Part shown: positions 42,282-53,661 of the stretch, one piece after another
How positions within the stretch are numbered: the first letter of the stretch is position 1
Layout of the letters: every line of letters starts with the position of its first letter
Source of the DNA: Trypanosoma brucei
Lineage: Eukaryota
NCBI GenBank assembly: GCA_000002445.1
Contig: CH464491.1
Span: 4,416,001 to 4,480,000, forward strand
DNA: 64,000 bases
Direction of reading: 5' to 3'
Program-made: the position numbers and the translations under genes
Notes under the pieces: generated by a model
Databases searched by the model: none
The model's input: the letters and a program-made list of their open reading frames with translations, nothing else
Told to the model about the DNA's origin: nothing

Positions 42282-43664
42282 CTATCTCCCGGAACCACTG
42301 AGACTAAGCTGAGAGAATCTCTCAGAGCGCCGCTGGCCCGGGACGCGGAACAGCCACGGCGTCTCCGGAATGTTTCCTACCGCCTCATTCCGCGAAACAC
42401 GCTCACAGCATGCCTCGACAAAATCCAATTCGTACCTAGTAAACCTAAAAGTGCTATACCAGACTCCTACACCACGCCATCGATGAGCACCAGCGGGGGG
42501 ATCAACAAAGACCTCACGGTTAAATCCCGCTCGCCACAGATACGGCGCCATCGCGTCCACACCACGTAGTAAGATTGTGCCATCACCAGTTAGCTCCAGT
42601 GTCACATGGGAATTGGGAAAGCGGCGGACGAGAGTCCAGCCGCTCTTTTCAACACCACAGGCGCCACATTGACTCGGAGAGGCATCCTCACTGTTGCATG
42701 ACATTTCCTGCTTACACTTGGGACAGTGTGCGGTCCAAAGGCGTAGCTGACTGGGTAGCACACGCACCTCCACTGCAGGAGCTTCGTACTGTACCACCAC
42801 GACGTCATCGTCGGGTGTCGCCTCCAAACTGGCATCAGACTCTAAGGAAGGTGAATCTGTCAAGCGTTCCAATGAATGTCGTTCGCGCTTAACCCGGATG
42901 AACTCAGACTTGGAAAATGCTGCGTCCGGCATCGCACTAGAAGAAACACTGGTAGGAACGCCGGTACCCTCCTCGGTGAATACTTTCTGCGTAGACGTCT
43001 GCGTCATATCTAAAACCTCCGTTACCTCCTCTTCCTTCCGCTGCTTACGCGAAATGTCTCCGCTGCAGTAGCTACCATCGGCATTCAACACCAACTTTTG
43101 TGTCCCTTGGGGCATCTCCGAAAGGACGTGCAGCTGCCATAAGTCAACCTCAAGGCTCGACACGAGCACACCTCCCTTGCAGACGGGACATGGTGCTCTC
43201 CTGTCCCGCAGGGAGCGCTGCTTCCTGAATAACGTAATCCACGACTCCAAATCACAGCATTGCACATGGAGGCAGGTTTCGCCTCGAACAGGGCAATACA
43301 TCGCAGTGCGGGAGTAAGGGCAATAGAGAGAGAACTCCATTGTGGAAACTTCAATATCATCCCCACCCGGTTTCCCAAAAGCGATATCCCACGCTCGCTT
43401 CCGATGGATCTGAAGTAACTCCACGCTACGAGCGTCCCAGCGCTTTGCCAATTCCATGTCGCGAAGAAGGCGTCTCTTTACATCTAAAAGGTCATCCATT
43501 CCGTCAGAAGACGATACGGCAACCCTCCCGTGTGCTACTGCTCGCGCCCTCGAGCTCCGAGCGTTGGCTTGTGAGCCGAAAAGGAGAACTGGGGGCAATG
43601 GTACCCCTTCGCCGTGACGAACTGAGGAGCGTGTTGGCATCAACAAACCAGTACTACACCCCAC
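42282..43664 (-). CDS. SP-RING/MIZ zinc-finger protein, a putative SUMO E3 ligase (PIAS/Siz-like).
   Basis: SP-RING pattern LYCPYSRTAMYCPVRGETCLHVQCCDLESWITL...RAPCPVCKGGV. Alternative starts are ATG 43664 and ATG 43499 (MDDLLDVKRR). Confidence 0.6.
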   Translation of the reverse strand: MGCSTGLLMPTRSSVRHGEGVPLPPVLLFGSQANARSSRARAVAHGRVAVSSSDGMDDLLDVKRRLLRDMELAKRWDARSVELLQIHRKRAWDIAFGKPGGDDIEVSTMEFSLYCPYSRTAMYCPVRGETCLHVQCCDLESWITLFRKQRSLRDRRAPCPVCKGGVLVSSLEVDLWQLHVLSEMPQGTQKLVLNADGSYCSGDISRKQRKEEEVTEVLDMTQTSTQKVFTEEGTGVPTSVSSSAMPDAAFSKSEFIRVKRERHSLERLTDSPSLESDASLEATPDDDVVVVQYEAPAVEVRVLPSQLRLWTAHCPKCKQEMSCNSEDASPSQCGACGVEKSGWTLVRRFPNSHVTLELTGDGTILLRGVDAMAPYLWRAGFNREVFVDPPAGAHRWRGVGVWYSTFRFTRYELDFVEACCERVSRNEAVGNIPETPWLFRVPGQRRSERFSQLSLSGSGR

Positions 43665-44650
43665 TAGAAGTAACTAAACTAGTACGGTATGCGTCGCTGG
43701 CAAATGTAAACGTTGAATTGTGTGTATAAAAAGATATCTATGTGTATCAAAGGAACAGGAAGCCACGTGAGGCGCCCGCTCCCCTGCAGTCCTTTAACCT
43801 GTATATGTTAATATTTTAATATATATATATATATATAAACTCTTCCGGAAGGGAAAGGAAAAGTAAACAAAAAGGGAGGAAAACGTCGTGAAGGAGCTGG
43901 TGTCATCGGTTTTTTTTTACAGAAGGGAGAGGGCTGACCCTTGACACAAGCGCACGTCCCCACACACATGCACATACTTGCACACACACACACACACTCT
44001 GTCCTCCAACAAATGCCTCATTTTCTCTTTATCATACAAAAAAAAAAACACCTCAGCCGCACCTTAGTGTATCAAAAGGTGTGAAGACATCAACAGAGAA
44101 AACACCGGCAGTGTTCTTCTGAATGGGGTGACGCGGTAAAATGCTGTTGTATACAAACCACCAAAGTCAACGGTCACAGAGTAGGCGGGGCAACGTGAAA
44201 CCCCCGAACATGTGTGGAACCGCCAAAGCTGGTATTCAAATAACGTCGGACATCGAAACGCATATTCGTCTGACGTTCAGTAGTGGTATCACACGCTGAT
44301 CACTACCCTTGAAACGTAGCCACACCCATCAAGTGAGCACCCGCACACCATCACCCACAACAACTCGCATATCACCTTCCCCACTTAGAGGCAGCTGCTT
44401 CCGCAACGATAACGACCATAACGCCAGCATCTAACACTTACGGCAAAAAGGAAAAAAAAAAACGGACACAAACAGCATCCTCCTCGGCAGTCTGCATCTG
44501 CGTCAACATCTCAACTACTGGCAACCCATACTCATCTGTTTGAACTAATTGTACTTGGGTTCGCGCGCGTATGCACTTTCATTTATGGATCACAGCTACC
44601 TTACGTTGGTGAATGCAAGCCCTTACTCGAGTATTTTTCCCATTAGATTA

Positions 44651-45007
44651 TCAATCATGCCGAAGGGTATAGGCCCACCGGCCGCGGTGAATGCCAAAGG
44701 CGAGGAGGGAAATGCACCAACAGAAATGCAGGAATGACATAGCAGAGGGCCGAAGAAGCGCCTTCGTGCGGAAAGCATGCAATCCGAAATGGCCAAAGGC
44801 ACTAATGGAGGCGATAGAAGTGCACGCATTAGAGAGCGTAGGATCAAACGAGTGAGTATAAACAGCAACAGCACCGAGCGAAGAATTAAGAGAACCGCTA
44901 ACAAGCATCATGTGGCGTTGTGTCATGTACCATGCATGCAGTGAGCCAACAGCATTGAAAGTCGAAAAAAAGAATGCCTGATAAACAAAGGGAATGTACC
45001 ACACCAT
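44651..45007 (-). CDS. Small 4-TM membrane protein, possibly TMEM14/UPF0136-like (118 aa).
   Basis: Four hydrophobic segments. MMLVSGSLNSSLGAVAVYTHSFDPTLSN resembles TMEM14 ([25 protein letters not shown]). It sits in an otherwise empty 1.8 kb gap in the gene strand. Confidence 0.35.
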   Translation of the reverse strand: MVWYIPFVYQAFFFSTFNAVGSLHAWYMTQRHMMLVSGSLNSSLGAVAVYTHSFDPTLSNACTSIASISAFGHFGLHAFRTKALLRPSAMSFLHFCWCISLLAFGIHRGRWAYTLRHD

Positions 45008-45439
45008 GCGGCCACTCTACACACACACGCACGTACCGTAACGTCGATCTCGTCCCCTATATGCTCTCCCCACGTTGCAAACAACAGTTAATACCGTACA
45101 AGTGGTTGTTCGTACTGGTGGAAGGCATGCTGCCCCTCGCGTGGTTCAGCCAAAGTAGTCGCACAGCAGAAGAAAGAGAATAACGGAGGTCGAGAAAAAG
45201 TGGAAAGTAAGGAGAGATTGTGTACTACAAGTAAAGGATCACACTCTCTGGCTTAGATCACCCTGTGAGTAAATGCCGCGCACCATGAGTCACATAGTAT
45301 TTTCTCACATTCCGCTTTTATAAGCAAAACGCAGAGTGGCAGCTCAACACCACCACTGGGGTCAACCATCCAACGACTAGGAAGCACAAAAAATATACAC
45401 GTAACCTTAATCTCCAAAATTTCTGCGAAAAAAAAAAAC

Positions 45440-47956
45440 TCACTCAAGGGAAAAACTTTCGGTGGTTACAACCAACGCGCAGTGCCTCGTCTTCTGTTTC
45501 CACGACGAAACTGTCGTCACATCCGGAGGAGAATCATCATATCTCTCTCGACACACTCCCTCATCCTCTGTACGTGGGGTTGCTACCGCTAACAACTGTG
45601 ACTGACGAAGACTTGGAATAAATATCTCTTCCGTATCAGAAACCGATGTAACAAAAGAAGCCGACGAAGCCGAGAGCTGCGCTTCTGTGCGCCGCCTCTT
45701 CTTGCCTAGTGGCGGAGAGGACAGACGAGGCGGACTACTGCTGCACCCATTCCGAGGGGTACTACACAAGCTATGCGGAATACCCAACGATGGAGAAGGA
45801 GATAAGGCCATAGGGGTGTTCACTCGACTTGCCACGGCGCTGTAGCATGCGGATGCCTGACCAAAAACAAGGTTGGGCCGCCGCGAGTATATCGACATTA
45901 CGCTCCGTGCCAATAGCACTATTCTCCCGAGGAAATGCTCTTCTTCACCGCACCATGGGGCTTCTGCAACAAGCCGTGTTGCGAAGTCAAAATATGCAGA
46001 AAGTGAGGCAACCTCATCGCGGCGAAGCTTCCGTGAAATCTCTACTTCATTCCACTCTTGCTTAACCACCTTTTCCCCTCGCTCGAGTATCGGCGAAGAA
46101 GTTTTAGTACCGATGACTTCATCCCTGCTCTGCGCGGTGGCAGGCACATCAAAAATCTGGGGCGGCAGCGAGTTCTCCAGCCATGTAAACCACTGACTCA
46201 TGCAAGCCATATTTGACTCAGCGTACTCCTTAAGTTTAAACAACTCCGCGATAACCGGGAGAAGAGGGGCTGCGCACAACATATTCCCCTCATCGAAACC
46301 CCCACAGCAGCACTTCCCGAGAACGCCACTTAGCACACCAACCACCACGCTGTAGGCACCGCTATCAAAGCTAGCAATTTGTTGTACGCACGCAACTACC
46401 TGGCCCCACTCAGAACGAAGACGGCATACATCCCTTTTGTCAGTCACACGTGCAGAGAACTGGAGAAGGGACAGGCATATGACTCGGATGTCTTCCAGGT
46501 GGGACACCCATGCAGTACAACGCACCATGGCTTTAGAGCTGGTGGCGGCACCAGGCCCCTCTGTCAAGTCAGGCGCTGTTACCCACTGCAATATGCTGAG
46601 ACAGTGATCAAGAAGAAACGAGGAAGGTTCCGTATCCACACTGAACCCCACAGTTGCGGAGTCACCCCGCTTTATATCTTCCCAGCTCCACGATGCTGTC
46701 CCATATTCACCCCGCGTCTGAACCGGCAGGTGCGCACCCCCAGTGGTCACTCGATGTATGCCCTCCCGAATTGACGAAATTAAACCAGCCTCAACCATTC
46801 TATCCAGTACGCGGGCACGCATCCTCGGCTCCACAAACGAAACCATGCTGACAAGGGCTGATAACGCACGCAAGGGAAGTTCATGCAACAAGGCGTCGAG
46901 CCCCTGGCGACCGGAAAAAATGTCAGTGACTAACCTCCCCTTTTTTTGGTAGAGAGCCGTCACCATACCTTCGTACTTTGTTGAACAAACAGCGGGCGGC
47001 AGAGCGGCGTCTAAAAGGAATTCTAGCAGGTAGCATTCCTGAAGCGCCCCTACGAAAGGTTTCGTCAGTGAAAACAGCTCCCAGTAAGAGCTATAGCGGC
47101 TTAGCTCGGTGAGGAAATCACGACTCGCCGTACCACCTGGCGCAACCTCAGACTTCCTGGCCTCCATGCAAACGAAGCAAAATAACTTTAAAAGAGCAAC
47201 GTTAGACGTTACCATATTGCGTAACGGCAAAGACTCGTTGGTATACACCAAAAGAGAGCCCACGCATTTGTCAAGCAGCCGCACAAGTTTTTCATTTGGC
47301 TTGGATTGTGGAATACAAGACGATGGGATGTCAGAAGCAGCACGCTGCGCAGGTACAGTCACGGTACCTTTGCCTCGGCTACCCGTGGCGCGAGTTGAAG
47401 ACGACAGGGAACGTGAAGAATTGTTTCGGTTGCCCGACGTAATCTTCGGCAAACCACCAGTGTACCTCCAAGTTAGTGCGTATCCATGACAAAGGAGCTT
47501 CAGTGTTTCCGCTGCGGCCTTCCTACTTCGTAAGAGCGCTTTCCCATCAAAATCCTGCACAGTGTCTGAAAACTGCTGACACGTAATGGGAGAGTCCAAA
47601 TCCACGACAGAGGCCGTGGGTGGCACCAACACCTGTCCACATACGGCAAGCCCAGATTGTTGCCCACATTGTACATCCCGATTAAAAGAAATGCAAGTGA
47701 CCTCCGCATCACCACAGTCATTCTGCGGATCATCCCACTGAGGCAAAGACGCATGCGCCGAGCGTGTTGGCGATTGGGTCGGTGATTGCGGTGGTGAGCC
47801 CCCAGGTGGAGGATGCTCCATGAACCCAACGTCCTCCTCTGTGAATTCCGGCTGAGAGGCAATCAAACGTGCATGAAGCCTCTGCAACGCAGTCTGTACA
47901 ATAACCTCACCTTCAATACAGTTATCCAAGGCGCCACTGATGCTCCCTGTCCACAT
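45440..47956 (-). CDS. Hypothetical protein (838 aa).
   Basis: Uninterrupted minus ORF with coding-like composition. No recognised domain. Confidence 0.5.
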   Translation of the reverse strand: MWTGSISGALDNCIEGEVIVQTALQRLHARLIASQPEFTEEDVGFMEHPPPGGSPPQSPTQSPTRSAHASLPQWDDPQNDCGDAEVTCISFNRDVQCGQQSGLAVCGQVLVPPTASVVDLDSPITCQQFSDTVQDFDGKALLRSRKAAAETLKLLCHGYALTWRYTGGLPKITSGNRNNSSRSLSSSTRATGSRGKGTVTVPAQRAASDIPSSCIPQSKPNEKLVRLLDKCVGSLLVYTNESLPLRNMVTSNVALLKLFCFVCMEARKSEVAPGGTASRDFLTELSRYSSYWELFSLTKPFVGALQECYLLEFLLDAALPPAVCSTKYEGMVTALYQKKGRLVTDIFSGRQGLDALLHELPLRALSALVSMVSFVEPRMRARVLDRMVEAGLISSIREGIHRVTTGGAHLPVQTRGEYGTASWSWEDIKRGDSATVGFSVDTEPSSFLLDHCLSILQWVTAPDLTEGPGAATSSKAMVRCTAWVSHLEDIRVICLSLLQFSARVTDKRDVCRLRSEWGQVVACVQQIASFDSGAYSVVVGVLSGVLGKCCCGGFDEGNMLCAAPLLPVIAELFKLKEYAESNMACMSQWFTWLENSLPPQIFDVPATAQSRDEVIGTKTSSPILERGEKVVKQEWNEVEISRKLRRDEVASLSAYFDFATRLVAEAPWCGEEEHFLGRIVLLARSVMSIYSRRPNLVFGQASACYSAVASRVNTPMALSPSPSLGIPHSLCSTPRNGCSSSPPRLSSPPLGKKRRRTEAQLSASSASFVTSVSDTEEIFIPSLRQSQLLAVATPRTEDEGVCRERYDDSPPDVTTVSSWKQKTRHCALVVTTESFSLE

Positions 47957-50684
47957 TAATCAACGATATATTTCGAATACTGCCACTAGTATGTATATAA
48001 ATATATATTTATTTAATATGTATGTGTGTGTGTGTGTACGTGTTTCCTCGCCTGCACTTGCGTTTGTGTGCTCGGTTCCTGTGGCCCTCCTTAGGGGGAA
48101 AAAATCAAAAAGGCAGGCGATACGCCAAACACCTTCAGCGCACAGCAGTTTATAAGGAACAAAACAACAACAAAAAAAAAAAAAAGAAACACAGTTGTGG
48201 AGCAGAGGAAAGCAAAAGCATGGACAGTGAACAGACGCATTCATCCAACTGGAGCCCAGTCGGTAGACACCGCACTGGCAAAGGCAGCGAACAGGTAAAA
48301 AAAGAGTAGTAATTGCCGTGAACGTATGCACTCGAGTGGGAACTGAGAAAGCAAAATGATGCGGCAGTGGGGCGAGGGTGAGGGACGCCCCCCCCCCCTT
48401 CAAAAAAAAAAGGGTGATGAAGCAGCGGCAATCGCAGAGATATTAGCAAAAATGAAAAAAACATGAAGGAGAACGGACTCACAATAATCGAGCCAAAGCC
48501 GGTGTGTGGGCGTGTGGGCGTGTGGGGAGGGGGAGGAGGAGGAGGAGGAACAGCACCGACGCACGTGCAACACGCAATTCCGGACTCCCCCGCCTTCAAA
48601 AGCACAGCTCCACCAAAGTGACGCCCTCATATCACGTAAGCACATCATGATACAACGTAGGTACCGTCCTATAAGCCGAACAAAAACTGGGAAAGTAAAC
48701 GCTATTGAGAGAATCTTGTGTCTCCTGGCCACGGCAGAACACACACACGTACACACACACATACATGCATACATGCATACATGCATACATACATGCCTCC
48801 CCTTACATGTAATAAAAAAAAGCAGAAGGGAGTTCGCCTCACACTCAACTGTGGCTTAAAATGTGTTGTGGGTTTTCAGTTCATTCCCCTCCACACGATG
48901 CGGTGTCATGGGGGAGGGGAAAAAAAAAGCGAGCCTTTCGCAGAGCGTCACGCAAACACGGCTCTTCCCGTACACGTTGACGAGCCGCGTCGCCGCGTTC
49001 GACCGCTAAAAGTTATCATTTCTGCCGTTGCCTCATTTTTAGTGCACAGCACTCTCCTTAGTGTGTAGCGTGCAGAGAAAGAGAAAAAAAGGAATAAGTG
49101 AGAAGATAGTCTCAGCGACAGTGGAAGGGAACAACCGACGGGGAGTTTTAAAAATATTTTTAAGGGCATCAGCGACCAATGTTCAAACAAGCGTTGGTTA
49201 ACACACAAGTCTGACAAGTGAAAGGGGAGGGATAAAATTGAAAAAGACGAGGAGGTGAAGTAAAAGGGGAAGTGGCAAGCATGTCAGCACACCAGCATGA
49301 TATATGTATATATAACAAAACAAAAAGAAAAAAATCAGCATCGTCGAGGTCATTCTCGAACCGCGGTCGTGTCGAGAAGGTACTCAAATAAGCTGAGATA
49401 ACGGGACGAAGTACGAATGTACGGAACAATGGAAACAAAAGCATCCATTCCTCGTACTCATGCGATGCGCGGCTCGCAGTTGCCAATATCGAACACCTGA
49501 ACGAAACATATACCAATGAACAAGAAAAAAAAAAAAGAAGGATTAGGGGGAAAGAGGAAAGGGGAAAGGAAAGGCACTGGAGGGAAAGCAAAAGTTGCCC
49601 TCACCCCTCCTTGCACACCTCATAAAATACCTCCTCCTCCGTCTACGCTCAACCTGATCCACGTAACTCTGAATGAGACGAAAGAGTCCACACAAATATT
49701 TTTTCCCCCCGTCTTTTTTTCTGTCTTACCCAAAATAATAATAGTAATAATGATAACGACAATAATAGGCAACAACCACCCGCCCTTGTAAGAGGAAAAA
49801 GTGGAAACAAATGCGTAACCATCCATGGCACCATATATGCCACCAAATGGGCGATTGCTCATTTGAATGGAAAATGAAAACGAGAGCTGCGTTTGGGACA
49901 AGAGAAAGAGAAAAAGCATGTAAATACACTTAGACTCCTTCACTTTCCGTTTTTTCTCCTATCGTTTCCCAAACAAGCATCATCATACGCATAGCTCTTA
50001 TTTTCGTTCTTTTCAGTAAAATATTTCTGTCACTTACAAAGACGGTGGGCACCATTCCCTCTCTAGCACGTCATACATTCTGCGTTAGAAGAAGGAAAGC
50101 GAAATGGTATTCTCCTCAATACTTTTTTATTCCTTACCTCCCACTCTCCAACCTAATAACAACACAAAAGTGCAAACTCTTATGCACTTTTTTTTTCCTT
50201 TCCTTCTTTTTTTGTTTCGGGAGGGGGGGAGTTCTTCTCTCTCACTCTCCCTTCTTCTTCTCTCTACAGCATTCCTCTCCTATGCTAGGTGGTTTGCTCG
50301 CCTCTGTCGTCACATGACCCAAGCCCATTCTTTTTACTCCCCCTCCCCTAACTTCTGACTTGGCTTTTACTTTTCGGGTTCCATTACGCTCTCTCCTCCC
50401 CGCCGCAGATGATACACACAAACCAACCCCCCTCCCCCACTTTCCCTCCTCTTCTGCACATATTTTATATTACTTCCTCCTTTTCCCAGTTCCCCTCACC
50501 AGAGTTAAATACCTCTTTGTGTGTTAGCCTTCTCTTACCACCTCTCCCTTCCCAGGCAACAAGAAAGCCGAACAACAACTCACACTGATATATCCCTCAA
50601 CTACACAAGTAAATACGGAGAATAGGAGAAGGTGACTGACGAAGTCGTTCCAAATGTTCCCCTCCAAATCAACCGATTTTTCTG

Positions 50685-51596
50685 TTACAAGAAATAATCC
50701 GGCACAGTAGGCTTGGACGACTCCCGTGCATCATCCGGAGCGGCCTCAAAAAGTTTAAAATTTTTGTTGAGGTGTTCGTCTAACTCTAGAATCGAGGCGA
50801 CATTCATGCAGCGATAGCAATAGTTCGGCGCCGACCAGACAGTCACAAGCGCATCGTTGAACATTACCTTGTAACCTTCCATCACAAGCTGGTGCGAACG
50901 GCACAGAAGGTCCAGTTTATTCGATTCAAGGAAAGTACGTACGACATCCTCGCCGTAGAGGTATCCAGCGCCGCGCGGGCTTAGGCCCCACCCTTCAATT
51001 TCCTCAGGATCTGACCATAAGAGATCACACATGGCCCCTTCATGCGGTACCTCACACCGGCGCTCGATAGCCTCCATTTGACTTACAGTGGAAATCATTG
51101 GCGAAAGCCCAGCGTGCACACACAGTATCTTTTCCTCGACAACACACACGAGAGGAAGGAGATCAAATACATCTGTGCAGTAGCGCCACACGTTTACACT
51201 TCCGTACTTACGAAGGCACTCGTCGTAGAAACCGTAGACTTGGGTGATTTGGCGGGACTCGTGATTGCCGCGAAGGAGTGCTACGCGACTGGTATACTTC
51301 ACCTTAAGGGCAAGCAGTAAGAGAAATGTCTCCACACCATGGTGGCCGCGATCGACGTAGTCGCCCATAAATACATAATTGACGTCAGGAACATCACCTC
51401 CCACACGAAACATCTCAATAAGATCAAAGAATTGAGCATGAATGTCACCCACGATCGTACACGGTGCGCGAATAACATGCGTGTTTGATTCCCCATCAAG
51501 AATACTGCGCGCCTTATTACACAACTTCATAACCTCAGATTCCCGGGGGCATACCCCCTTCCCGACAGTTTCCAGGAACTGGTCTATCGTGTCCAT
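50685..51596 (-). CDS. Serine/threonine protein phosphatase, PPP-family catalytic subunit (PP2A/PP4/PP6-like).
   Basis: [33 protein letters not shown] and the C-terminal DYFL are all present. Collinear with PP2Ac over its full 303-aa length. Confidence 0.85.
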   Translation of the reverse strand: MDTIDQFLETVGKGVCPRESEVMKLCNKARSILDGESNTHVIRAPCTIVGDIHAQFFDLIEMFRVGGDVPDVNYVFMGDYVDRGHHGVETFLLLLALKVKYTSRVALLRGNHESRQITQVYGFYDECLRKYGSVNVWRYCTDVFDLLPLVCVVEEKILCVHAGLSPMISTVSQMEAIERRCEVPHEGAMCDLLWSDPEEIEGWGLSPRGAGYLYGEDVVRTFLESNKLDLLCRSHQLVMEGYKVMFNDALVTVWSAPNYCYRCMNVASILELDEHLNKNFKLFEAAPDDARESSKPTVPDYFL

Positions 51597-52207
51597 GAGG
51601 GGCTGCTCTAAGAACAGTGGCGCAAACTACAAAACCTTCTTCAAAATGAAAAAATGAGTGCGGCAGCGTAAGCAGTCAAACAGCGAGGCAAATATGAATA
51701 TATGCACACATACGAAGAAAAGAAAAAGAACGCTTCCGTCAGTGCAAACAGTGATAAAGGCAACAAAGCATACGATGACCGAGTAGCTTGGAAAAGGCAC
51801 CTGCACGTGCAGGTGGAAACATAAAGTTGCGCGCTAACGTAGATGTTGACTCAAACGTTATATGCAAGTCCGAAAAAAAAAATCTGAGAGGGGAGGTAAG
51901 GCAATAAATATACTCATAGAGAACCACATACAACCCACTTGGATGTCAAGAAGATATGGTTTACCCCCGCGGCACATCTCAAGGCTTTCCTCGAGAAAAG
52001 TGGGTGAACAGGTAAAGGAGGGAAAGAGACAGAAATAAAATAATAATAAGGTGGCTACAAAAGAGAAAGTATGAGCAATCGAAACCGGTCGGCAAATGCA
52101 AATGATGAAAAACACACCTTACAGTGCCTTTACTTTACCGTGGCGGCGCGCGTCCACATGTGCGCTCGAGTGTTCACGTCTAAAGACACAAGGAGATACA
52201 ACCGCAC

Positions 52208-53134
52208 CTATCTACTTCGGTCATAGTTTCCCAGGGCGTCGGCTAAGATGGCAGCTTCCATAACACCATCGCCATCGACGATCCCCTTCTCAACAAAGTC
52301 TCTATAGTTAAAGTTCGAATACTTCCCAATGAGTTTCTCCATCTCACATGTATACGATTTTTCATTCTGCTTCCCTACAAAGTCCAGTCGACTACTCTGA
52401 GCGGGGGGCTGTGCTCTCAACTGCATGCTCTCCGCAGTCGGTGGGGCGCTGTCGTGGCGTGTACGGAAATCGTTCAACATGCTTCGTTTTATTGATGACA
52501 AACCCGAACTGGGATTTGCTCCGCTCTTGCCGGGGTCCCCGCTCCTCACGCGGCCAATACCAGAATTCGTTGCCTCCTGCTGCTTCATTTCTAGGCGTTG
52601 CATCAACTCTGCAGTGGTTAAATGGCGCATGGCTGACGCAGCAGACGCACGCTGAGACCCCTCTTCCTTTGCACGAGCACGCATTCGCTCGTACTCGGCC
52701 TTAAAGTCAGGATTTTGAGCGTCATACTCAGCTCGGCGGCGCATCTCCTCCTCACGCTGTTTCTCGAATTCACTCCGGTTCCTCATCTTCTCTTCATCCT
52801 CCTTGCGCTTCCGCTCCACAAACAGGCGGAGCTCCTCCGCTGACAGCTCGACATTGGGATCCATCATCGGATCATATTTCCGCGCCTGTCCCTCAATGTG
52901 GGTGCGAAGGCGCTGGTTATCATACATTTCACGCTGCGTGGGATCGGAAAGTATGCTGTGCGCGAAGCTGACCTCCTTGAAGACCTCTACACCCTCAGGA
53001 TTCTTATCGGGGTGGTATACAACCGCAAGCTTGTAGTACGCACGGCGGATTTCTGCGTCTGTTGCGGTCCTCGGGACACCGAGCACCTCGTAAAGGGCGG
53101 TATTGCCAATCAGCTCAAACACATCTGACCCCAT
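52208..53134 (-). CDS. DnaJ/Hsp40 J-domain protein (type III, charged C-terminal region).
   Basis: ORF 52208..53332. The likely start is [20 protein letters not shown] (ATG 53134). The J-domain carries the HPD motif ([16 protein letters not shown]). Confidence 0.75.
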   Translation of the reverse strand: MGSDVFELIGNTALYEVLGVPRTATDAEIRRAYYKLAVVYHPDKNPEGVEVFKEVSFAHSILSDPTQREMYDNQRLRTHIEGQARKYDPMMDPNVELSAEELRLFVERKRKEDEEKMRNRSEFEKQREEEMRRRAEYDAQNPDFKAEYERMRARAKEEGSQRASAASAMRHLTTAELMQRLEMKQQEATNSGIGRVRSGDPGKSGANPSSGLSSIKRSMLNDFRTRHDSAPPTAESMQLRAQPPAQSSRLDFVGKQNEKSYTCEMEKLIGKYSNFNYRDFVEKGIVDGDGVMEAAILADALGNYDRSR

Positions 53135-53661
53135 TTGAAAGTAGCCGGTCCACACCACAAAATGTATAGTTGGGCAACAATGCGGCAGTATAATATGTGC
53201 ACGAAGGTAATATCCTTCCCCCCTCGCAGTGTAAAACTTAATCCGGACCCTTTCTGTATTCTCAGCCTTTTTTTTTCTTCTTTGTGCCGTTTCCCCTTGC
53301 CCTATTGCAACAACGACAGACACCCAACTCAAACGAAACGTTACCTAGCTCACAGCCCCTAACGTCGCACACCTAATGAACAGCGTGTAAAGCAAGTAAA
53401 ATCGAGCAGGGAAATCAACCTAAAACACAAACAGCAGGGATTTAAGTAGAAACGCTCTTAAGAGTACAAATGTATGTGCGGCATTGGCGAAAATTATTCT
53501 TGTAACGAAAACTTTTGACTTAACTCGCTGCCTGGTATGCTCTCTGTTACTACAATCATCTTTTCCCACGCACCAAAAGCAAGACCCGTCAAGTAGAGGG
53601 GGGGGAGAAATGCTTTGGCTTTGATGAGCCAAGGACCTTGGCCCAACACAACCTACGCCTC

